Shown in pieces: positions 14,521 to 33,959 of a stretch of 64,000 bases of DNA (position 1 is the stretch's first letter; each line of letters starts with the position of its first letter). The stretch lies in contig OZ024743.1 in NCBI GenBank assembly GCA_964016885.1, positions 301,754,001 through 301,818,000 of the forward strand, written 5' to 3'. The DNA is from Eledone cirrhosa (lineage: Eukaryota). A program made the translations under genes and the position numbers. The notes below the pieces were generated by a model that was not told the DNA's origin, ran no database searches, and saw only the letters and a program-made list of their open reading frames with translations.

Positions 14521-15035
14521 ATAAAAGGTGTGAAATGATATATAGTATTGTCATAACACCAAGGTGTGTGTGAGTGTCCAGAGTGTACGTACTTCAAGGG
14601 GAATCCATTACGCCCTGCCGTATTGGAATACTTGTGTACAAATATGTATGTGCCCATCAGTGTGCAATGCATGTGTGGGTATATGTATGAGTGTGTGTCG
14701 GCACGTTTATATCTATAGACATCAAAAGGTATGCAAATTTGTATAGATTTGTGTTGCACCATAAAACATGTGTGTTTACGTATGTCATTGTGTTTATATG
14801 TGGATAGAGATGTATGTAGGATGTATGCTGATGTAGGTATGTATGTTGACGTGTGTATGTTGTGGGTTTGTCTTAGGGAGAAGTGTTTAGACGGGGTCTG
14901 TATTTGTCAATAAAGTGAGATTCCTTGCTGATGCGCTGGGTGTGGGTGGCATTATCTTTAAATTTGTAGAGAGGCAAGATTCTAAAGTTGGGATGATTTT
15001 GGGCGGCACAGCTATCAATGTACTCATTCAGTGGT
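14520..15035 (-). mobile_element. Neptune-type PLE 3' fragment
   Basis: PLNEYIDSCA..PNFRILPLYKF..RISKESHFIDKYRPRLN matches the C-terminus of the 27.1-kb fragment; left boundary uncertain. Confidence 0.7.
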
Positions 15036-15300
15036 ATATATATATATATATGATCTGAATGAAAAAAAAATGAGTATTGACGTACATGGGGCACGAACCC
15101 ACGTATTTAATTTGACGGAGCTATGTCTAACCATTACACCATGACTTTAGCCATGCTTCCTTAACTGCCTTAGCACATGTTACAACCTAATTTTCAAACT
15201 CGCTATCCGTTTGTAAACAAAGCCTGCTTTCAGTCTCGCTCTTTATAGATGTATATAATTATATATATATATATAATTATGTATATGTATATAATTATAT

Positions 15301-15427
<127 letters not shown>

Positions 15428-15889
15428 GGTAAGGTAACATTCTATCGTTATCTTGATACCTTTAATTTTCTAAAGTATTGTATGGTTTCTAAAATTATTT
15501 ATATTTATATATATACGTACATATATAAACACATTCTGGTGTTAGCATACATTTCTGAAATCATTTAATACCTTAAAAATGCTTCAATACAAATAAATAA
15601 CACATATTCTACGACAATAAAAGAAAAAACTCCAGGAAATAAAAATATTCATTGGACATACCACGTATTATTGGATACAAATGATTGTCATAAAATGATA
15701 AAGAATGAGATGATCATGAGCAAACCCGAAAAGGCAAAAACGTGGACCTGGAAGTGCGTTTCATTTTCAATGAAAAACTATAATACATGCGATGCTGCGT
15801 GAATGCGATTGATTATTTGAAATAATGAAAACAGTGAAGTAAGAATTTCAATGGAAACATATAGAGCTTATTCAAAAGTCTGGTTAACT

Positions 15890-17935
<2,046 letters not shown>

Positions 17936-18730
17936 TGTGTGTGTGTTTGTGTGTGTTTGTGTGTGTTTGGTTGTACGTATGCGTGTGGGTGTGTATGTGT
18001 GTGATGGACATGTAGAAATCACTTTAGAGTGTGCGTTTATATCTGAGATATTGAAGGCAACTGTCTTCATACAATGTTGAGATTCCTATTATTCATTTTC
18101 ATACTGATGAAATATAACTCATTGTCCAAATTATTAACCCAAAACTTCACTATACAGATAAATTATATCGTTGAGAGAAAATCCGAACTTATTTAATGTA
18201 ATCAGACATATATTGAAACGAATATAGTTTGAGGTTTATATTTTATATATTAATGCTTTTCGAATAATAATTGTTGTGTATTTTTTACCAAAACAGCACC
18301 ATATCTCAAATCTATCTGTATGAGAATTGAAATTTAGCGCACTGCATACTGAGTCATTGTCATCATTTTGTTGGAAAAATAAAGAAATATTACTTTAGTA
18401 CCTCACTTCAAACGTTAATTGTTTTCAATTATGACTATAGCAGAGTTCCCCAAAGAATAACTATTCTATTTTTTTCTGTTGCAGTTTCGGAGCCGTGCTA
18501 TACTAACTTACTTGAATGTTCTAGACACATTTGTTATCTTTCCCGTACAACATATATATATATTAAATAAAATAATGTAACAGACGTTGTTAACCACACA
18601 TTTAGTTTCCTGGTCTTATACAAAAGATGCATTAATATAATTACAAAAGCGTTAATGTATTGAATCTCTTTTCTATTAACAAAATACAATATATTTTCTT
18701 CAAATATCTATATTTATATCTATCTATGAA

Positions 18731-18860
<130 letters not shown>

Positions 18861-19725
18861 GGAGGTGTGACAGAAAAGTTCAAGGACTGATGTCACAAAA
18901 GATGTATTTCAAACCCAAACTTCATATTAAGAGTGTTCTCCTTCAAAGTAATCCCCCAGCAGTCTAATGCACTTTTCCATCCTTTTCTGCCACGCTTGCA
19001 TGCACTCTTGGAAGGATTCTTGCGGGATCCTCCGCAGTTCCGTTGTCACGGCATTTATGATGTCGTCCACGTCTTCTAAACGGGTCCCCTCCGGGTCGTA
19101 CTCGAAGATCCAGGACTCATCACCGGTGTTGACTGTCACTAGCAAGTCTGGTTCGGTTTGAATACGCTCGAGCATGTCCTGGCACACTTGCATGCGTCGA
19201 CCCTTCTGGTCATCATTCAGCAGTTGTGGCACCATCTTCGCGCAGACTTTCCGCATGTCCAAATCTCCAGTGAGAATCTTCCAGACGCTGTCCCGATTCA
19301 TGCCCAGCTCATTTGCCACCAGTCGAACAGTCAGCCGACGATCGATACGCACCATCTTCTTGACGCGCTCTACGTTAACCTCAGTCCTGGTTGTTGAGGG
19401 CCTTCCGCACCTGGGGTCATCTTGCACCTCTCAAAAACACATGAGCGTGACATCATCACAACTCCATACACTTGCTGCAGCAATCCAAGTGTTTCTGACG
19501 GAGTTTTTCCAAACCATACCAGAAACTGCAAGTTTGTTCGTTGCTCTGTGCTCATTGCTTGACGACCTGAAACAGAGGACATGTATATAACATTACAAAG
19601 AGAACTAAGATTACAGTTACATACTCCAGGGGGATTACTTTGAAGGAGAAAACTCTTAGTGTGAAGTTTGGGATTGAAATAAATCTTTTGTGACATCAGT
19701 CCGGGAACATTTCTAAAACACCTCG
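18861..19725 (-). mobile_element. Internally deleted mariner (Tc1/mariner) DNA transposon
   Basis: DDPRCGRP, DRRLTVR, KVCAKMVPQLL, TGDESW, YFEG; catalytic D34D region missing; inverted repeats of about 100 bp (18861-18960 / 19624-19725); left end in (TA)n. Confidence 0.92.
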
Positions 19726-19794
19726 TTAATATGCTATGCATGCCTGTGTAAATATATATATGTGCCTGTGGGTGTGTGTATTAGATTATATATG

Positions 19795-19861
<67 letters not shown>

Positions 19862-19866
<5 letters not shown>

Positions 19867-22800
19867 GTGAGTTTCTTTTTATAAAATGAAAAATAACCGA
19901 TGTGTCCTACACGAGTGAAAGAATAAAGAAAAAAAGATGAAGTCGAAAATGCACTGGAGTCTTATTTTTAAAAAAATATGTATATATTTATTTGGTTCAT
20001 TTACCGGTTTCGCAGTTCTTCTGCTTTTCAAAAGAAATGGAGGATCTGTGGTTTTTCTCAACTCCACTTTTGAAAAGCAGATGAACTGCGAAACCGGTAA
20101 AGGAACCAAATAAATATATATATATTTTTTTTAAATAAGACTCCAGTTCATTTTCGATTTCATCTTTTTTTCTTCCTCGGTTGAGCACTCTACTGACTTA
20201 TATTCATCATGCAGAAACAACATCTGAATATTTTTACAAAGAACATACCCGTACCAAGCAGGAAAACATACCTAAAACTTCTGATACAGAAAACAGACGC
20301 GTTCATTAAAAGGTTGCGTTGGCGTGCCTTTTATTTCGATAACCCGCGAAAAGCAGACAACAAACAGGATAAATTTGGATTTAAAACCGATAATAACTCC
20401 CCGTGTAACCCAGCATTGATACCCTTGAAAAATGTTGTTTTGTAACTCATTCGGAGTATCAAATTTCGGAATAGCAGCAATTATTTCCAGCAAGATGAAG
20501 AATAGATTTCGTTCTATTAAAGATTCTAATGCCGTGCACGTCCATTCCGACAAAACTGGCAACATATATCAAGTGGAGCGTAGTACATACCATCAACTAC
20601 TACATAATGCTGTAACTAAGGATTACCATAAAACTAATCGGTACGTCATCAATGAAATCAACGATGCTGGGTTTAAAATCACAACTGATGTCAACATCCT
20701 GGACCGGACCTAACCTCTGGACCCTATTTCTCCCAACTCTACCCTGAAGCATCATAAATCCAATTTTCCAAACAACCCCTCTATTCGGCTTATTAACCCT
20801 ACGAAGTCCGATTTAGGTAGACTTAGTAAAACGATTCTTGATAGAATTATACCTGAAATTAGAAGTTTGGCCCCTCTTGCACTGTGGAACAATTCTTTCG
20901 CGATGATTGATTGGTTCAACGGCATATGTAACAAGGAACATTGCCGTTTTATCCAATTCGACATCAATAATTACTACTCCTCCATAACATTACCACTTCT
21001 CCTTAGAGCTATCGATTTCGCTAAAACACTCACAGTGGTTAAGGATTTCGAAGTTGATGTCATCCTCAATGCCCGAAAGTCTGTGATTAATATCGACGAC
21101 TCTATTTGGATTAAACAATCCAATAGTACCCCATTCGACGTGAGTATCGGCGCCAGTGATTCTGCGGAGGTTACTGATCTTATCGGCCTTTTTCAGTCCT
21201 TTCTCTATCAAGGACGAATTCCCCACCGCGGGCGGTCGTTTGTACCGTGACGACGGTCTTTTTACCATGACTAAGTGCGGACCTCGTGCTTGCGACAGGT
21301 TCAGAAAAGAACTCACAGCCTTCTTTAAAGGTTTAAAACCTCTCTATACAGGTTGAGGCCAATCTCTCGGTCGATACTTACCTTGACGTTACCCTCAATT
21401 TATTGAATGGGTTGTATTACCCGTTTAGAAAGCCGAATGATACGCTTAATTACATAAGTAAGCATTCCAACCATCCCGCCAGCATAACCGAGAAACTGGT
21501 AAGAAACGTTTCGTTGAGGCTTTCCAGTCTTTCCACTAACGGGCGTATTTTCAACGACCATTCCACTTATTACAATGAAGCTCTTGCTCGAAGTGGATTT
21601 GTCGATAAGGTAGCATATACAGAGTACGAAAATAGACCTAGAAGAAATAGATCCCGCCGCATTTGTTGGTATAACCCACCATATAACATGGAGGTGGCCA
21701 CACCATTAGCTAAGATCTTTCTTTCTCTTATTACGAAGCATTTTCCCCCTACACATAAATATAGTAACATTTTTAATAGAAATACTATTAAAATTTCTTA
21801 CTCTACGACTCCTAACCTTGCACATAACATCACAGCTTCAAATTTAGCAAAACTAACTAGCCGTAGGAACACGTGCAACCCTGTAGTTAGTACTAAATGT
21901 AATTGTAGGAATCGGTTTGATTGCCCCCTATCCGGGAAATACCTCTCTAGTAACATTCTCTACAAATGTAAGGTTGTAACACCCACGTCCCGTAGGGCCT
22001 ACATAGGGTTAACCGCCAATAGATTCAAGCAGTCTCTTTACACGCATACCCATTTTTTCGTTACCCTCTAAGGACTATGACGTCACTTTCAGCTCATATC
22101 TGGAGTTTAAAAGACAACCACACCCAATATAAGTTACACTGGGAGATCCTAGATAGGGCTAGATCGTATAACGGAAATAAAAACCATGTGACCTCTGCGC
22201 CGCTGAGGCCCTGGAAATAGTCTACGCCAGAGACCACATCTTAAACAAAAGTTCTGAGGCAATTTCGGCTTGTAAACATAAATTGCACAAAACTTTCCTG
22301 TATTACAGCCCCATGTTATACCCTAACGGATAGTACGATCTATACGTGGATATTTTACGTCTTGATGTGGGAGTTAAGTATATGTTTTGTTTATACAATT
22401 ACTTATTTGCATAGGTAAGTATATATTACCCGTATGTTTCGTGAAGTTACGTATACCTTCCCGTACGTATATTTGATTGTTTATGTTATGGCGTATACAT
22501 TTTTTTTTTTTATTCTGGTACATATGGTTTGGCTATGTGTATACGGGAGTTTTGCGTCTGTGTAAGTATGCTGGTTCGTACGTTTGTAGGGTGTGTGTAT
22601 ATGTGTATTTCATGTTTTGGTTGACTTACGTCTCCGAACATTCGTGTATTTACATGGAGGTATGTGTGCGCGCTTGTTATATACGTATTTATTTACGTTT
22701 ATTTAATTATTTATATATTTGTACACACACATATTTATATGTGCGTGGTTTTGTATACCTATGGTAAGTGTTTTGCGTATGCTTGTGTCTGTACGTATTT

Positions 22801-23325
22801 GTTAGCGGGTATGCATTTATTTATTTCTATTACTTCTGTATTGTATTTATTTACTTTGTTCTTAACTCTGTAGCGGAGATTTATTCAGTCTCCTAGTTAG
22901 AGTTTTAGTCTACGACTTCTGCTATACCATTTAGTGGTTTTGTTTTTGCGTGCTAATGTTCTCCACGTTCCACGTATGACGTATTATCTTCGTTTTTTTT
23001 TGTTCATTGCCGGAGAACGTCTCTATGAACCACCTAAGAGAACATTAGTCTACGACCACTTTTATACCATAAACGTGGTTCTGTCTTTGCGCGTAATTGT
23101 TCTTCACCCCTCCTATTAATGACGTATCTTATTCGTTTTTTCCGGTTCTTTGTAGCGAACGTTTTCACGAACCAAAGTATCGTCTTCCTGTCATCCTCCG
23201 GTTGCGACGTTTTTTGAAATATCCACTTCTGCGTTTACAGATTGACTTTGTTAGTTTGAGAAGATCTCGTTAAGGGTGAAAGCAGCGATTCTTTGCTTAA
23301 ACTTTAATCTGTTATTTTAATAAAT
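19862..23325 (+). mobile_element. Near full-length decayed Naiad-type Penelope-like element (family B), RT + C-terminal GIY-YIG
   Basis: KNIPVPS..YLKLLIQK..FIKRLRWRA, SDKTGN, INPTKSDLG, FDINNYYSSI, FDVSIGASDSAE, LYRDDGL, WYNPPY, CNCR..CPL, YIGLT; several stops and frameshifts; flanked by (TA)n. Confidence 0.9.
20066..20103 (+). ncRNA. Type I hammerhead, U3-A8 core variant
   Basis: ctt-TTGAAAA-gcag(atgaa)ctgc-GAAA-ccgg-TA-aag; inverted copy at 19997-20034. Confidence 0.7.
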
Positions 23326-23699
23326 ATATATATATATATAAACATATGCCTCTATATATATATATATATATATATAGTAAGTGCCGTACTAAGAGTGAGA
23401 AATGAAATTTCGTTTCATTCTATTCAATTTATATATATATGTATATATATATATATATATGTGTATATATATACACATATATATCCAAAATTAAATTAAG
23501 GTTGTCATGTCTGAGAGACATGCACCATATTCACTGCAGAATATGAATCCAATAAATAGATCCGAGGATTGTATATCAACTAGAAATAGATTGACACATA
23601 TATATATATAAATAATATATGCTTATTTTATAAATATATATATGTGTCAATCTATTTCTATATATACATATATATATATATTTACGTGTTGTGATATAT

Positions 23700-24512
23700 T
23701 AGTAAAAGGGAAAAGAAAACGCTGGCAAGTTTTTCCCAGTGAAAAATAGATTAATTAGGAATGAGTATAAATTAGTAATAAGTATTAGTTAGTATACAGT
23801 TTTAGTTTTAAGCTTTTACTGGTTGCGCATTTATTATGCTTTTTAAAAATAAATTTGAGATAAAGTGCTCGTGATTTCTGCTCTAATCTGATCAATTTTG
23901 TTATTTCTTCCTGTTTTATGTAAAGAAAAATTGGCTTGGGAGGTATTAACATTTCGTTCGTTGTTGAATGAATAAGCACTATAAATTCGCGCCAATTCGT
24001 GTTGCAAAAATTCTTGTAGTCCCTTAAATGTTTAAATTAATTTTAGCGCGAACAGATTTCGCGCCAGATGTAGATTTTCGAAGAGTGTCCTTTTCCGATT
24101 GATTGAGTTGCAGTCATGTTGAAAGGTCAACAGTTCAGGTGTCTATTAAGACAAATACGCGTGTGTATATTTGTGTGTGCGTGTGTAGTAGAGTGGTTCA
24201 TTGTTGTGATAATGGAAATTAATCGGTCAGTAGGAATGTGTGTGTACGTGTGTGTGTGTGGGAGAGGGTTTATTTTAACATGTTGAAACACATTTTTCAG
24301 CTCTTATCTTATACGGAGAAGTGTGTGTGGGGGGTGTGTATTTATGTATGTATGTTAGTGTGCGCGTGTGCATGTGTGTGTCTGTGTGTGTGTGTGTGTG
24401 TATGTTTGTGTGTGGATGGACCAGTATTTTTGTGGTACAGGTAAACATGGCGTACATCATTCGATATTTTCAGTCATTTGCAAAAACGATTCTCTCAAAA
24501 GAACATCAATAA
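23700..24512. repeat. Unclassified interspersed repeat (copy 2)
   Basis: Collinear with 13741-14520. Confidence 0.8.
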
Positions 24513-24852
24513 CATATATATATATGCCTACGTGTATGTTAGATTAGTCGTTGAAATTACCGTGGTACGTAAATAAAATTGAAACATTAACTGAATGAAC
24601 AGAAAATATTCGTACGTAGAATGCATATATCATGTTTCAGCAGATATATGAGAAAGGCACCGAAGATCCAGATTTGTCACTTCATGTGATAAGATCTTTT
24701 CATCGGACCAGTCTTAATCTAAAATAATTTGCTTTCTGTTTGATTTAGAAAATCCATGCCTAATGACGTACCAGGTGTTCATGTAAATGTATCCGCGTTT
24801 GTGCGTGCACGTGTGTGCAAAAGTTATTTAGTATTTGTACGTTTATACAATA

Positions 24853-25750
24853 CTAGCAGTAAAGCCCGGCGTTGCTCGGGGTCGCTCAGTAGCTGTGTTA
24901 AAGTTACAATGTTAAGTTTCTTTCTTGGCTTAAAAACTGTAGTGTCTACTGTGCAGACTTGCATGTGGTGTTTTTGATTAATATTCCCTCAACCAACAAT
25001 ATGCCTTATGAAGTTAAGAAAACATAACGATAACCCGAATGTTATAACAAAAGAGGATGCTGGGGATAGAAACTGCACTGGTTATTTATTAACAAAGATC
25101 GAAAATGTAAACACTGCAACGCAGAGAAAAACATTAGCGTAACCAAATTATCAGTTATGTCTGTCTGCACGCCTATATCACCTCTCTGCACGACTGTCTG
25201 TCTGCACGCCTATATCACCTCTCTGCACGACTGTCTGTCTGCACGCCTATATCACCTCTCTGCACGACTGTCTGTCTGCACGCGTATATCACCTCTCTGC
25301 ACGACTGTCTGTCTGCACGCCTAACGACGAAATATTTGCTTGTTTTACGTAGTCTTTAAATAGACTTGTTTTCAAGTAAAAATATTGTTTTAAAATGCTT
25401 TTAAATGGAAATGAAGCAAAACGGAAGGTTAGTGTTCGAACTGATGAATTTTGCAGGTCACTATTTTGCTGGCTCGACAACTGAGAAAGCCAGCGTAATT
25501 TTTTACGTTAGACGCTCAATGTAAACAGAACAAAGGGAAATAACTGATAACTTACGCTCAAAAATCGATACATTATATTCGATTTCGTCACATAGGGTGG
25601 GTCAATTTGAAATTATTTTTTTCCGATGTCTTCCCTAGGGCTCAATGTACAAGTATAGCAATTTCGGTGCAATTCCGTGAGAGATTCTAAGAGGAGATGC
25701 GTGCCAAAAATCGATAGACAGACAGACAACCACAGTTTTATATATATAGA
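24853..25750 (-). mobile_element. Non-autonomous Helitron-like element
   Basis: Minus strand A|TCTATATATATAAAA...gtctgtctgtc start; 3' hairpin CCCGAGCAACGCCGGG then CTAG|T; no TSD. Confidence 0.82.
25158..25323. repeat. 37-bp minisatellite x about 4.5 inside the Helitron
   Basis: Unit tgtctgtctgcacgcctatatcacctctctgcacgac, contiguous, no spacers. Confidence 0.95.
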
Positions 25751-26376
25751 TTATTTGGTGTCATGTTTATACGCAAGTGTCTGTGTCTGGGAAAATGTGC
25801 GCTGGTAAGATTTGTCGGTTTCAGTTTTAAGTTCTAGACATTTACATATAATTATATGTGCATCAAATTATATTTGTTTAATTATAAATCTCATGCCCTT
25901 AAAAAACACGCACTCCAGGGGATTCAAAATATATATACCAACACCTAACACTTATTCACGCAAAAATAGCGGTCCACACATATGCACACTCATAAATACA
26001 CGCACACAAACAGTCATACACACAAACACACATGTATATATATATAAGTTGTTGCAAAGTTACAAAATATGAATTTGCCTCTAAATATGAAAAAAATACG
26101 ATGATAAAAATAATATTTATTTGTCCATATATTTCGGAATAAATTCCTTCATCAAAAGATTAATATAAGATTTATTGTTTCTGCCGAAATATTTCCTTTG
26201 AAATTTGAAAGTGGTGTTTAATTGTTATTTTAATGCTGTAAGTGATGAATTACAATCATGGACACTGATCTATGTATTGTTGTAATATAAGATATTGTTG
26301 TATCGCTTTTGAAATAGAGTATTGTGTGATACTATGTATATCTATATGACGCACTGATATGAATTATTTATAGGGA

Positions 26377-26540
26377 TGCTTTTGCAATAGGCCAGAGACA
26401 TGTCCTTCTGAAGAGTAGTGTAACATACCCACAATAGTCTAGGAGCCATAAGTTACATCTACCCGAACAAACCAACAAACGAATGTCAAAACATATATAC
26501 AGGTATCGTGGAAGGCCAGTTTATTCTCGCGTCCAGGAGT
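26377..26540 (+). mobile_element. Highly decayed Naiad-type GIY-YIG fragment
   Basis: CFCNRPETCP..*C..PTIV*..IYTGIVEGQF resembles CNC..CPL..C..IVY..YxG of the Naiad copies. Confidence 0.5.
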
Positions 26541-26821
26541 ATTATTTGCTAATATGTTGTGAAAATAATTGCCTCTGTCTCTTTATTTTTCTATCTCTCC
26601 ATCTCTCTCACTCCCTCCCTTTGCATCCTTCTGTATCACTATTTTTATAAACCATTGTTATCAACCATTTTTTTTAAACCATCTGCTAATGATCTCCACC
26701 CGTCCCATTCATTAACCACCATGCCCTATGTCCAGAAATTGTATAAATACCACCGTAACACATGGTCTGTCGGCTCTCCTGATGTCTTCCTTCGAATAGA
26801 ACAGTTCTAGACCCATAGAAA

Positions 26822-26907
<86 letters not shown>

Positions 26908-27099
26908 AAATATTAGGAAGGAAAAAGTTTCTTTCTGTAGAAAATGTTTAAGAGATAGTTTTAGTGAAATTTGAAAGCATTAATTTATTTACAATACCGG
27001 TTACAGCATTACATGCATTGTCAATTGCGGATATGCAGAATATTAAGTTGCATATTTGTACAAATACTGAAAAGAATGATAACAAAATACAAAATATAA

Positions 27100-27650
27100 A
27101 GAGGGGAAGAAAAGTTGGCGAAAAATTGTGATTCCTTGTTAATGCATTGGATGTAGGAAGCGTTGTCATTGAATTTGTAGATGCGAAAAATTCTAAAATT
27201 GGGTTGTTCATTGAATGCGAAGGTTGGGATGTGCTCACTTAGTGCTATCTTTCTGTATTCCCGTATTTTGATTTGGGATCTATGGACGGTCGTACGTTGT
27301 CGGAGGCTGTTTTTGGTCTGTCATATGTAGTGTTCTTGACAACCTGAGCAGGTCAACACAGTTATCAGATTTTCTGATGCACATGTGAAATTGCACTTAA
27401 CTGTAAGTGTTGTCATTGTTTGAAGTGGAACTCCGATCCCTCTATTAGATTGGTACATATACCACAGTTAGGCCTGTCACATTTTCTTACTGTAGGGTCA
27501 ATTGTGTGGGGTCGTCTGGACTTTGGCCTGTGCAAGGATGTTTTTTATTGGGTCAAATACAGCCGACTCCTACAATGAACCCTACAGTGAAAGACACAAC
27601 TGTAGTATATGTACCAATCTAATAGAGGGATTGGATTTCTACTTCAAATT
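27100..27650 (-). mobile_element. Decayed Neptune-type PLE GIY-YIG fragment with short inverted duplication
   Basis: Manual minus-strand translation KCDRPNCGICTNLIEG..FTCASENLI.V.TCSGCQEHYI*QT..LRQR..HR; 27558-27648 inverts about 27421-27520. Confidence 0.8.
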
Positions 27651-28799
27651 AACCAAACTTTAAAATCAACACCCTAGACAAGATTCCAGCAAACTCTGAC
27701 AACTATATGATGCAGACCAAGCATATTATCGCCTTATGGGTTTTGCTTGTATGCAATTATTAATTATTTCAAATTTATTTCACAATAAAAAAAAAAATCA
27801 TCCATAATTTAATTTCTGGAACATATTTGTGCCTTGTTTTCTTTAAACACTTAATTCTATGCTTTTTACATACATTAAATATAGGCATGGAATCTGATGA
27901 TAGACAAATATCTATTCCGGATGATAGACAAATATCTATTCCGGAAAAGAAAACTTTGAGTGATCAAAATTATATATCAACTCGTTGATAACTCCGATTT
28001 TTAATGTCTCTTTAGACGGAAAATATGTATTGCGCATAAAACATTATATTCTCTGTCACATTTGGTTTCCATAATAGTTCCCTATATTTTATTTTCGTAT
28101 GCACATATAATGTACCTACTCTTTTTTCCTTGAAATATTAACTTAAATTCCCACAAATCTCCATTGTGTTTAAAAACAAATTTAACTTAATTGTCCATTG
28201 TGTTTGCGAAACTGAAATTAAAATTTTCTCTTTCCAATAAATATCTTTCAATTGTGATAATATTTCGTTATTTCCTTTTAGTAAACATAGACTTGTTTAT
28301 CTGCTTCCCATAACATAAAACAAATTATTTGTTTTACTTTTATTGCATAAAATACTTTAAATCTCTACTATTATAAGCTATTTTCAGATAAACATCTCGA
28401 ATATTAGAAACGAGAAACTTTCATGTTTAATGTCAGTAACGAAGTCAGATTTTATAAAAATAAAATATCAAAATTATAAAAGAAAGCCAGCCTTTTTTTC
28501 TCTTCGTGCCTTTGAAAATTGTGATTTGTCGTAATTTCAAACATTACATTTTAAGATATTAAGTGCAGTATGACTAAAATATGTCTTTGAAGTTCGTACT
28601 GTATACGCATTTTAATCTATTGTTGATAGTAATAACTCACAAGCCCATTTGTTCTGCAACGTCTGAATGTGACACTGTTTTGACACCCCACGTCTAATGA
28701 ATCTACTGATGAAATACTTTGTGCATTATGAAACATTCATATGGAAATTCTTTTGCCAAGATCACTTACAAACAAAACATGCAGTTCAAATGTTTGATG

Positions 28800-29116
28800 A
28801 AGTATATTGCTCATGTTAATAGAATTTGTAGAAATTTCAAATATTAATCTTGTTTTTATGCGAGTCATCATTTATAGGGAGATGTTATTATAATTGATAG
28901 AACACTAGCGAATAAGACTTTGAAAACGGATATTCTCCCTTCAATAAAGTATATTGCTCATGTTAATAGAATTTGTCGAAATTTGAAACATTAATCTAGA
29001 AGATAGTGAGCATTATGTATAGTTTTTATGCGAGTCATAATTTATCGGGAGATGTTATTATAATTGATAGAACGCTAGCGAATAAGACTTTGAAAACAGA
29101 TATTCTGCCTTCAATG
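28800..29116. repeat. Tandem duplication of a unit of about 147-170 bp
   Basis: aagtatattgctcatgttaatagaatttgt... starts at both 28800 and about 28948; second unit has a short insertion. Confidence 0.9.
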
Positions 29117-29721
29117 ATATGAGGATCTATTTTGATTTCTACTAACAAATTTCGATTGAATATATACGAGCCACACATTAAAGTAATTCTCCTCAAGGGC
29201 CTCTATTAAAATGTGTGACCGAATATTCGTTATATTTATTGATGCAATAAATCTTACTTTGCTTTTCCATTTCATACTGTTATTAATGTCTTCTGTCAGT
29301 AATATAAATATTGTTTCTCTCCTTGCCTTTCTGCTGTACATTGTAAGAATGAATTGCTTGGACATTGCCGCCCCATGAAGTATAATATTAGCACACTTTT
29401 ATTTCCATAAATCAACATAATCAACCTCGTTATAATTATCTTATGCAGTATCATCATACCGATTTCCCTACGCTTACAAGATAATCACCTTAACCATACT
29501 CACAATCATCATCATCAGAACAATCTTTAACGTCATCAACACCAGTTAAATTATCCTCATCATCCTTGCAGTGATTGTCATTGTGACATCAACTTACTTA
29601 TTTATTTTCATGATAGTAATTATCAAAAACAAACGAATTGAAGGAAATTGAGTCTATCGTCTAACAATGGCCAGACATTATTACGTATCTTATTACGTCT
29701 AGTACATATTGATATATTCAC

Positions 29722-29796
29722 ATCAGCTTGTGTCTCTTGGTAGAAAAATAGTTGTAATTCAACAAACTGCGAAGACCTTTGCTCGAAGTCAACTGT
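29722..29796 (-). other. Candidate isolated host exon (75 nt)
   Basis: Minus strand: pyrimidine tract + CAG acceptor, 75 nt open in two frames (e.g. QLTSSKGLRSLLNYNYFSTKRHKL), GTGAAT donor; lies in non-repetitive sequence; no recognisable homology. Confidence 0.25.
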
Positions 29797-30119
29797 CTGT
29801 GTTAAACCGAAGAGAGACAAATAATATAAGCAGGTACACTTGTTTAATTGTGCGCTCATGAGAGTCAAAATGTCAAAGATAAGATGGCAAAATAATGATT
29901 GGCAGTTTAGTGGAAGCGCAATAGTATGTTTTTTTAATTATTTTTTATAGGTCATATATGAGTGAACATTTTAAGGGAAACAGCATGTTATGCTTATAGA
30001 ATAAACTAATAAATCATATTTATATACATATATATATACATATATACATATATATATACATATATATATACATAAATATAAATGACCCTCCCAAAGTATA
30101 ACAATATATATATATATAT

Positions 30120-30180
<61 letters not shown>

Positions 30181-30225
30181 TATATATACATATATACATA
30201 TATACATATATATACATATATACAT

Positions 30226-32283
<2,058 letters not shown>

Positions 32284-32307
32284 TACATAAATATATATTA
32301 AAATAAC

Positions 32308-33038
<731 letters not shown>

Positions 33039-33876
33039 TTACAAAATATTGGTATATCAACATTTATTGAATTAGTAACAATTCCACATTTCACATTTTA
33101 GGATCTAAATGCCATTTCATATGAAATATCTGAACGTTCTGCAGTTTTGAATCTCAGTTTATATAATAATACCAAACGCATAAAATAATTGCAGCCACAG
33201 CCAAATGCTATAAATGATCCATTACAAAATCAGGTAAAATAACACTGAACAGAACAAGTGTTAGAATGTTGTATCTTTCAAATGCCGAGTGGTATATCTT
33301 TTGAGTTTTACATTGTAGATGTTATAAAACATATAAGCACAAATCTAAGCGAAACAGATGAATTGCTATTATCGAATAATAACACATACTATTTGATCAA
33401 AAGTTTCGGATTTCAAAATAAGGATATTTAGTCTAGGCTGGTCTGATTTAGGGACATTTACTTCGTTATTTCAGATGCCACATTACATTCGTTCAGGTAT
33501 TTTGTATTATGAGATATTGGGCGTCATATGTATCATAGCTAAACACATCCATCTAGGTATTTGGAGCATTTGAACTAATTGTAATCAGTTGGGCTATATA
33601 TCTGAGTAGAATATATATGCATATTCCTTCTTCCCCTCGCGAGAATTGTTAGCCCAACAACGAATTTGTTATAATATGTGTTTTAATTCGAGGTCTAGGC
33701 TATAACAATGGAAGAAACCAGGCAGTTAATAATATTTTACAAGCATCTTGTGCAAGGAAAGTTAAATATTGAAGTTAATGTTATGTAGCACGCTAACAGA
33801 ATTTTATATAGACGCAACATTATATGACTAAATTCATAGAAACTACCATCAAACTATGTTAAGGACAGATTATATG

Positions 33877-33959
<83 letters not shown>

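Noticed and set aside
25158-25323. 37-bp repeat array resembling CRISPR repeats in length
   Set aside because: Units are contiguous with no spacers, the context is eukaryotic, and it lies inside a Helitron
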